The position numbers and the translations under genes were made by a program. From contig OZ024740.1 of the NCBI GenBank assembly GCA_964016885.1, positions 289,788,001 through 289,852,000 on the forward strand: 64,000 nt of DNA, read 5' to 3'. Under the pieces are notes generated by a model. That model was not told the origin of the DNA and ran no database searches. It was given only the letters and a program-made list of their open reading frames with translations. This DNA comes from Eledone cirrhosa. Taxonomy: Eukaryota. Each line of letters starts with the position of its first letter. Positions within the stretch are counted from its first letter, which is position 1. This document shows positions 56,250-64,000 of this stretch, piece after piece.

Positions 56250-56910
56250 AGCGTTTATAATTTTAACTTATTTATTACACTTCTTAACTCTCCCCCTTCC
56301 ACAACGTCACGTCTTGGGATTGTGTGCGTATGTGTGTATGTGTGTGTGTATGTGTTTGTGTGTGTGTGTACGTGCGTATGTGTGTGCGTGTGTGCATGTG
56401 TGTGTGTATGTGTATAAATGTGTTAATTGTAAGAAATAACAGACGATACTTTAGCGATAAATACAGTGTTTATAATTTTAACTTATTTATTACACTTCTT
56501 AACTCTCCCCCTTCCACAACGTCACGTCTTGGGATTGTGTGCGTATGTGTGTATGTGTGTGTGTATGTGTTTGTGTGTGTGTGTACGTGCGTATGTGTGT
56601 GCGTGTGTGCATGTGTGTGTGTATGTGTATAAATGTGTTAATTGTAAGAAATAACAGACGATACTTTAGCGATAAATACAGTGTTTATAATTTTAACTTA
56701 TTTATTACACTTCTTAACTCTCCCCCTTCCACAACGTCACGTCTTGGGATTGTGTGTGTATGTGTGTGTGTGTATGTGTGTGTGTTTGTGTGTATGTGTG
56801 TATGTTTGTGTGTGTATGTGTTTGTGTGTGTGTGTGTACGTGCGTATGTGTGTGCGTGTGTGCATGTGTGTGTATAAATGTGTTAATTGTAAGAAATAAC
56901 AGACGATACT
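56250..56910. repeat. 215-bp tandem repeat (~3 copies) inside the Helitron
   Basis: gtttataattttaacttatttattacac recurs at about 56253, 56468 and 56683. Confidence 0.9.
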
Positions 56911-57264
56911 TTTTATTCAAAAAATTAAACTCTAAAGCAGTTTTGATGTCATAAATCATATTTTCAAAGTGAAAATCGTCATTTCTTTAATACTTATTCA
57001 GAGGTTGAAATATATTTACTGTTTGTCTTTTGGTTTTTAATCAAATATTTACACATTGCTCAACCGACACTGCTAAACACGATATTAGCAAAATTATTTT
57101 GTAAGTATGAAAATCTAATATATAATTCCCGTGTAGAAAAAGCAGATGATAAAATATACTTTTTCGTCTTGCTTATTATTACAAAAATTTACACATTGTA
57201 CACAACTATTTATTTCTTTTAATTGATTTGTATCAGCTTTATTCAATTACATATTTTCGGTAGA

Positions 57265-58880
57265 ATGCCTCGAAAAAGAAAGAGTAACATTGGAAAAAAA
57301 AAAAAAAATGCTTTTGCTTTGCGTTCTTTGCGCGCAAGCGAAACAGAAGAACAATGTGTGCTACGGCGTGCTCGCAATGCTGCTTCTACTTCGATCGCCA
57401 GAGCATTACAAACAACTGAACAAGCAGAACTCCAGCGTGCTCACAATGCTGCCTCTACTTTGAACATCAGAGCATTACAGAAAGCTGAACAAGCAGAACT
57501 CCGGCGTGCTCGCAATGCTGCTTCTAATTCCAATAGCCGTGTTTTAGAGACTGTTGACCAAAGGGCAACAAGGCTTGCGGCTGATTCTCAACGGAAAATG
57601 CGTACTTATGTCTTTCCGAGGGATTCTTCCTGTTACTGGTCTAAGAAAGGTTTTCAATACAACGCCCAAGAGGACTACGCATCCCATCCACATATCATCA
57701 TTGGTAGTATGTCAACTGTTTGCGTCCATTGTAATGCAATGAGGTGGCCAGCGGAATCTACCGGTATATGTTGCTCCAATGGAACGGTTAGATTGCCTTA
57801 TTTACAAGTCGGTGCCGAACCTTTGAATTCTTTGCTGCTTGGAGACAACCCTGATTCTAAACACTTTTTCAGAAATATAAGAGCCTACAATTCGGCTTTC
57901 CAAATGACAAGCTTTGGTCATACACCAATAAAAGATGGGAATTATATGCCCACATTTAAAGTGCAAGGCCAAATTTACCATCAAATAGGATCACTTATTC
58001 CACAAGATGGCAAAGAACACAGTTTTCTCCAGATCTACTTTATGGGAAACGGACCTGAAGAAATTGCACGAAGGGCTTCAGTTGCTAAAGGAACGACACC
58101 TTCTCTTCTGCAGCCCCTTCAATATATGCTTCATTCCATAAACCCGTACATCACCATTTTCAAAACTGCTTTACAACGTAGAGATGCTAACAACAATCAA
58201 TACAAGGTTGTCATTCGAAATGACCGCGCTCCACCAGGGCAGCATCAGGGTTGCTTTAATAGACCCCAAACCGATGAAGTTGCGGTGATTATAACACGTC
58301 CTAATCAGAGCGCTTCAAACCGTGATATTGTTATTGAATGGCAGGACTCGCATCTTCAAAAAATAAATGAACTTCATCCCGCATATGATGCTCTCCAGTA
58401 TCCATTGCTGTTCCCCTTTGGCGACGATGGCTACCGCATTGATTTGCAAAAGTGTAATCCTGTAAGTTTAATGCATCTTACACCTGGGAAAACCATTTCA
58501 CAAATGGAATTTTATGCATTTAGACTTATGTTTCGCAAAAACGACGTCAACATTCTGCATAGAACACGGATGCTCCTCAATCAATACTGTGTAGACATAT
58601 TTGCTAAGATTGACACTGAACGCCTCCAATGGATAAGACATCATCAAAAGGAACTGCGTTCAGAAGAATACGGCAATCTACGTGACGAAGTAAACCGAAA
58701 TGATCAGGCTAATGCTTCGGATGTTGGGCTTTCTGTCATTCTCCCATCATCATACACTGGAGGCCCCGTTACATGCATGAAAAAATGCAGGATGCTCTGA
58801 CCTATGTCCGCCATTGTGGCCGTCCTGATCTTTTTATCACCTTTACATGCAATCCAAAATGGTTTGACATCGAGTCTCAT
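57265..58880 (+). pseudogene. Helitron Rep-Hel N-terminal/Rep region, truncated
   Basis: CVHCNAMRWPAESTGICCSNG, NIRAYNSAFQMTSFG, FKVQGQIYHQIGSL, YDALQYPLLFP, ILPSSYTGGP, then a frameshift to GRPDLFITFTCNPKW. No helicase domain follows. Confidence 0.92.
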
Positions 58881-59148
58881 TTACTGTTTGTCTTTCGGTT
58901 ATTAATAAAAAAAATTACACATTGTTCAACCGACACGGCTAACGATACATTTCTCTATGTTCACATTTTAATGACACATATCTGTAAATAAAACTTGCTC
59001 TTTTTGAATACCGTCTCATTTTGTTTTATTGAAAGAGTTGATCAGGTAAAATTATCCTCCAAGTTAAACATACAACACGGAAATTGACCATTAACATTGC
59101 AGCCCTACCAAGAACTGACACCGTCCAATGGACGGGGGTCATTTGCTA

Positions 59149-59198
<50 letters not shown>

Positions 59199-59978
59199 TG
59201 ATAGCAACAAAATAGACGGGGAGAAATAGAAAACAGGTCACAGCAAAACTTGATAAAAATTTAAGAAACAGGGGCTGTGTAATTGCTGGATAAAGTATAC
59301 TTTATAAATAAGAGGAAAGCACGAACGGCAGAACATTTTCCTTCATCAGTTGTCTGCTGGGAATCATGGATATTTATACGCATTAAAGTTAAGATATCTA
59401 ACCCATAGATAAGTCAAATACTTGAAAAAGATATGTACTTGTCAAGAGAAATGTCAAGAATGTCTCCGGATATGCAGACATACGTATGATGAATACTCTC
59501 CAGTTTCAACAACAGAATTCAGTTCTACAGTTAACTGAAAGTCCGACTGGTTAAATCCACGTGTATATCGCTCAATATTCCACAGAAATGCGTGCCCTTA
59601 TCTAATTTCTTAGCCGACATAGAGCGACACAATATGACAAAAGACTAGACATTTAGATCATATGCATCCTTAAAGAATTTCTCAAGGAGATTCAACGTAA
59701 CATACTGTGAGACAAGACTGTTCCTCTGACTTACAGGTACGATCCATCTGATGGCCTTCCACAGTTTCTATCTGCTCAATTTAACCCAGAAGCTTTGGGC
59801 CGATCCTAATATATACATACATACATGCATACATATATATATATATGTGTAAAAGTTCTATTTAAATTGTTGGGATAAAACAAGCAAATATTTTTATAAC
59901 TGATATAAAGCACTCAACAAATATTTGGAGTAAAAATACGATATTAACAAATGGAAACTATATTTATAAAACCATATT

Positions 59979-60044
59979 TATTTCATTATACATATTTCAA
60001 GGACACCAAGTTAAATTATGGTGTGCTTTCATCAGACAAAATAT
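59979..60044 (-). ncRNA. Minimal type I hammerhead ribozyme in the 3' pLTR (sense to the ORF)
   Basis: auuuugu CUGAUGA aagcacacca-uaauuuaacu-ugguguccuu GAAA uaugua UA augaaau. Confidence 0.85.
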
Positions 60045-61560
60045 AATATAGATCAGTTTTATAAAAAAATATATTGACATACCCTTAAAAAATGCAACCA
60101 TTACTGTTGGAAGCTCCCGGATAGTGGAATTGTTTAATTATATTATTATTAGTATTGGATATTTTTATTTTTAAAATAAGCCGTTAGGTTACAGAGAAAG
60201 AAAAAGATAAAGATAAAGAGGGAGAGAGAAAAAGAGAGAGAGAGAGAAAAGAGAGAGAAAAGAGAGAGAGAGGGAGACCAAAACAACAGAGAGAGAAAGA
60301 GAGAGGAGACAGAGAGAAGGGGAGAGAACGAAAAACTCTAAGTCATATCTTGAGTTAACTTAACAATTGAGATGAAATAAATAAATAAAATTAGAAATGT
60401 TAATAATTATGAATGGAATATACATATATAATATGAGAAATTAACCATTGTTTAAATATGATTAGATGTTTAGTTAATCATTTAAAAATTGAGATCAATA
60501 TATTAAAAATTGGGATCTATACATTAAGAAATCCATATATTACTAGAGAACTACATATCTTATAACACGTATACACACGCAAAAATACATATAAATATAT
60601 ATACACACTTATAAAATACATAACATATCTAACTACGTATATAATATATACACACAAAGCATAAAGGATTCTTTAATTTAATTTAAGATATAGGAATCTT
60701 TAAAATGTTATAATTGTTAAGATATTAAAGGAGATTTTATATTATACACACTTTATGTTATTAAACAAAAAAATTTTTTATATAAGTTTTATAAGATTAC
60801 CTGTTATGTATTTATGGTTGTTATTATATGTCTATCTGTCACGAATCTTGGGATAATCACTATACATAAGTGCAATCAAATTGTATGGATATACACGCAC
60901 GCGCATAAACACAATTCTCACATATACATATATATATATGTGTGTGTACCCTCAGCCAATAGGTAGATACGCATCAACGCATACATATACATACAGACAG
61001 ACATACATTCATAAAAACGCATAGAACATATGTACATGTATGTCAATACACACATATACATATATACTCACATATAGAGAGAAGTATATATAAATACAGT
61101 ACATAGTATAATTGAGTACATAAAATACAAAAGAATTATATTACAATTTGGAAATATAATTATAAGCAATATAACTTTAAAAGCAATACAATTTTAAAAT
61201 ATTATAGAATATTTTAAGTTATAATTTCAAAATAATAGTATGTTTAATAGATTTAGTATAGAAATTTATCTTACGTATACTTAACTCAAAATTTTGAAAT
61301 GATAAACTTTCGAAAATAGGAGAAGCTATCAGAACAATAAAAAAACAATTAAAAAAAAAAAAAAAAAAAGAAATAAGAAATATTTTCTCCTTTCAAGAGC
61401 TCTTCATATATTTCTCTAGAATAGTTTATTATATTTATATATATTTATATTTATGAAGAAAAGTTATTTTCACTTGAGTGTATAATCAGTAAAAAAAGTT
61501 GAAGGAATCCAATGATTTATCGACAGGTTCAATATATCAATAAAATTAATTAATTATATA

Positions 61561-62880
61561 CTACATTTTAAATTTATATTTATATTTAAACGTTGAGTTT
61601 AATCTATGTCTGCAGCCACTGAATAAATTGTTCAGGGAATTTTTGGTCTTTAATATAAAGAATATTTCCTCTATACAAAGATCGCAATTTTCTGAAGAGG
61701 AGTTAAAAGGAGTAGCCTTTGAAATAATATTCCAAATCAACGAATATTCAACGTTCCTTAGTTTGAGGTCCCATAATAGGCTAGATAGAGAAGTTGAAGA
61801 TTTTCTGTTTGGATCTGTAAAATAATTTTTATGATTATTGAAGCGGGATTTAAACTCTGTGGAAGTAGATCCCACATAATTAAATGAATTTACATTAGTT
61901 TTTACATTACAATTATATACTAATTATATAGCTAAGCAATTGTTATTTAACGGACAGTTAGATTTATTTCTACAGTTACATTTATCAGATTGAATATTGC
62001 TTGGGTTATTATTGGTATTTTGGTTAGGTTTAAAATTTCTATTATTAATTCTATTAATATTTTGCGCTAAATTTTTGGTGGAAGAATAAGTTAATTTTAT
62101 CGTATGTCTATTAAAAATTGAGTAATATCTATGTGTTCTAGGGAAGCATTTGTCAAGAGCTTTAAAAAATAGTTTAGCAATAGGGGTTTTAATATTTAAT
62201 GAGAAAGGAGGAGCGAACCATAATATGTTCCTAGTTCTATTTCTTTTTCGGCTTTCGGAATTAATGTAAGGTTTTCTATTATAGTTGTTAAAATTGTTAC
62301 CATAGTTAAAATTGTTACGAGTATGGTTAGTTGTTATATTATTATTATTATCGGTGTATTTCATTTTATTTCTATACCCAGCTCTACCTAACGCTTCGTT
62401 TTAATAATGTGCTTTTTCATCAAATATATTCTTATTAGCTGAAATTCTCGAAATTCGTTCTTGTACAGAGTTCACTATAGTATTTTTAACGGATCTGGGG
62501 TGATTAGAGTTAAAATTGACGTAATTTAAGTTCTCATTTAGTTTGTGAAATGGATAAAGAATACATGTGTTAAGATTTAGTGTTACATCTAGAAAATTAA
62601 CTATTTTATGGTTATTCTCTATTTCTACTTTTAGATTAAGGTAATTAAAAAATTGTATAATTTGTTTTCTTTTTCTATTTAGTTCACAGTTATTATTTTC
62701 TATAAGTAAAAGCATGTCGTCACGATATAAACCTCCGGTTATCTCAGGTATTTTTCTATGTAGAGAATTAATTATAAATAGGCCCACAAGATCCGTTACC
62801 TGAGCGGAATCGGATAATCCCATAGTTATGTCGAAATTATTATTTCTATCTGCCCTAGTCCATAGTTGGTTATTAAATTC
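61561..62880 (-). pseudogene. Naiad-type PLE RT C-terminal half plus GIY-YIG endonuclease
   Basis: FDITMGLSDSAQVTDLVGL, GLYRDD, VNFLDVTLNL, SNHP, RNILWFAPPFS, CNCRNKSNCPLNNNCL, LVY..YVGSTSTEFKSRFNNH, CDLCIEE and CRH. One reading frame with two TAA stops (62401, 61924). Confidence 0.92.
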
Positions 62881-62948
62881 TAGCTGGTTATTAAATTCTA
62901 TTTAATTGTCTCTTTACTCTCTCTTTTCTCTCTCTTTTCTCTCTCTTT

Positions 62949-62985
<37 letters not shown>

Positions 62986-63167
62986 CTCTCTCCTTCTTTA
63001 TCTTTATATTTTTCTTTCTCTGTAACCCAACGGCTTATTTTAAAAATAAAAATATCCAATACTAATAATAATATAATTAAACAACTCCCCTATCCGGGAG
63101 CTTCCAACAGTAATGGTTGCATTTTGTAAGGGTATGTCAATATTTATTTATAAAACTGATCTATATT

Positions 63168-63234
63168 ATATTTTGTCTGATGAAAGCACACCATAATTTA
63201 ACTTGGTGTCCTTGAAATATGTATAATGAAATAA
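63168..63234 (+). ncRNA. Minimal type I hammerhead ribozyme in the inverted pLTR
   Basis: Same motif as 59979-60044, read on the + strand. Confidence 0.85.
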
Positions 63235-63401
63235 ATATGGTTTTATAAATATAGTTTCCATTTGTTAATATCGTATATATATATATATATTTATACCATT
63301 ATTTATATGTATATGTATATACACCTTATACGTATGTACGTGCGTGTGTGAATATATATATATATGTTATATGTGTATATATATATGTGTGTGTGTATAA
63401 A

Positions 63402-63515
63402 GATCATATTTTTGTCCGTAGTTTTCTTTTGTTCGTTCTCTGTTAGTGCTAACCAGACTGTTGGTCAACACTACCAGAGAACGAACGAAAGAAAACTACG
63501 GACAAAAATATGATT
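63402..63515. repeat. ~45-bp-arm hairpin at the start of another TA-flanked mini-element
   Basis: atcatatttttgtccgtagttttcttt..gttcgttctctg is inverted to cagagaacgaacgaaagaaaactacggacaaaaatatgat. Confidence 0.75.
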
Positions 63516-63612
63516 TTTCCTCCCTAAATATGTATATAAAAACTAAAAAAATCCTTTCTCCATTTTATTATTATTCGTAGTAATATGCAAGTTAACTGCA
63601 CTATACACTTCC

Positions 63613-63650
63613 GTCGTTGAAAAAGCATATAAAGCTGAAACCGGTACACA
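63613..63650 (+). ncRNA. Minimal hammerhead ribozyme, U3-A8 variant, weak helix I
   Basis: gtcg TTGAAAA agc-atataaa-gct GAAA ccgg TA cac. Helix III is the ACCGGT palindrome. Confidence 0.55.
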
Positions 63651-63801
63651 ATTTTAATGCGGAAATCCCTACTTAGTAAATAAATGTTTTGATGTTATAC
63701 TGAAAAAATCCCTCTAGCATTTTCTACTCTATTTTTTTCCTTTTTACTATTTGTTTATATATATCTGCTCGTGTGTCACTTCTCTACATTCATGTATATA
63801 C

Positions 63802-64000
<199 letters not shown>

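Larger units (their letters stand above)
55769..59149 (+). mobile_element. Internally deleted Helitron
   Basis: Probable 5' TC end (tctatatatataattcccg; boundary inferred), Rep ORF, and a 3' hairpin ccgtcc-aat-ggacgg followed by CTAG|T and (TA)n. Confidence 0.85.
59835..63275 (-). mobile_element. 5'-truncated Naiad-type Penelope-like element with inverted pLTR at the 5' end
   Basis: 59937-60280 is inverted to ~62910-63275. RT plus GIY-YIG ORF, ~1.3-kb AT-rich 3' UTR, an HHR in both pLTR copies, and TA-repeat flanks. Confidence 0.92.

Noticed and set aside
59305-59358. Minus-strand CTGATGA followed by an aggaaa/tttcct stem
   Set aside because: No GAAA or helix III follows the stem, so the hammerhead cannot be completed.
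61561-62880. Selenocysteine recoding in the Naiad ORF
   Set aside because: The in-frame stops are TAA, not TGA, and the conserved cysteines use normal codons.

Overview
Eukaryotic, very AT-rich and microsatellite-saturated DNA. The repeat content (tRNA-derived SINEs, RTE LINE, Penelope-like elements) looks like a coleoid cephalopod/octopus intron or intergenic region; this is an inference. No intact host gene can be supported, and almost all listed ORFs are microsatellite artefacts. Recognisable transposon coding remnants are: an Hsmar2-like mariner (4.8-6.1 kb), a near-intact RTE LINE (35.7-39.6 kb), an R4/Dong-like RLE fragment in a (CATA)n tract (41.5-42.0 kb), Neptune-like GIY-YIG fragments (2.9 and 52 kb), a Helitron (55.8-59.1 kb) plus two helicase remnants, and a 5'-truncated Naiad-type Penelope element (59.8-63.3 kb). 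The main hidden signal is that the short 'unique' islands between (TA)n tracts are ORF-less palindromic or terminally redundant mini-elements carrying type I hammerhead ribozymes (HHRs). I read about 17 complete motifs and several half motifs by eye, from about 9 sequence families. Several have non-canonical cores supported by covariation or recurrence: U3-A8 (UUGANAA), a U4A core (CAGAAGA), A.A or U.U at 10.1/11.1, and very long helix II inserts. One copy starts exactly at the predicted cleavage site, and a shared YGAGYRCT motif lies downstream in most families. Together they look like a diverse (TA)n-targeting, Penelope-driven retrozyme-like system. All folds are manual and untested.
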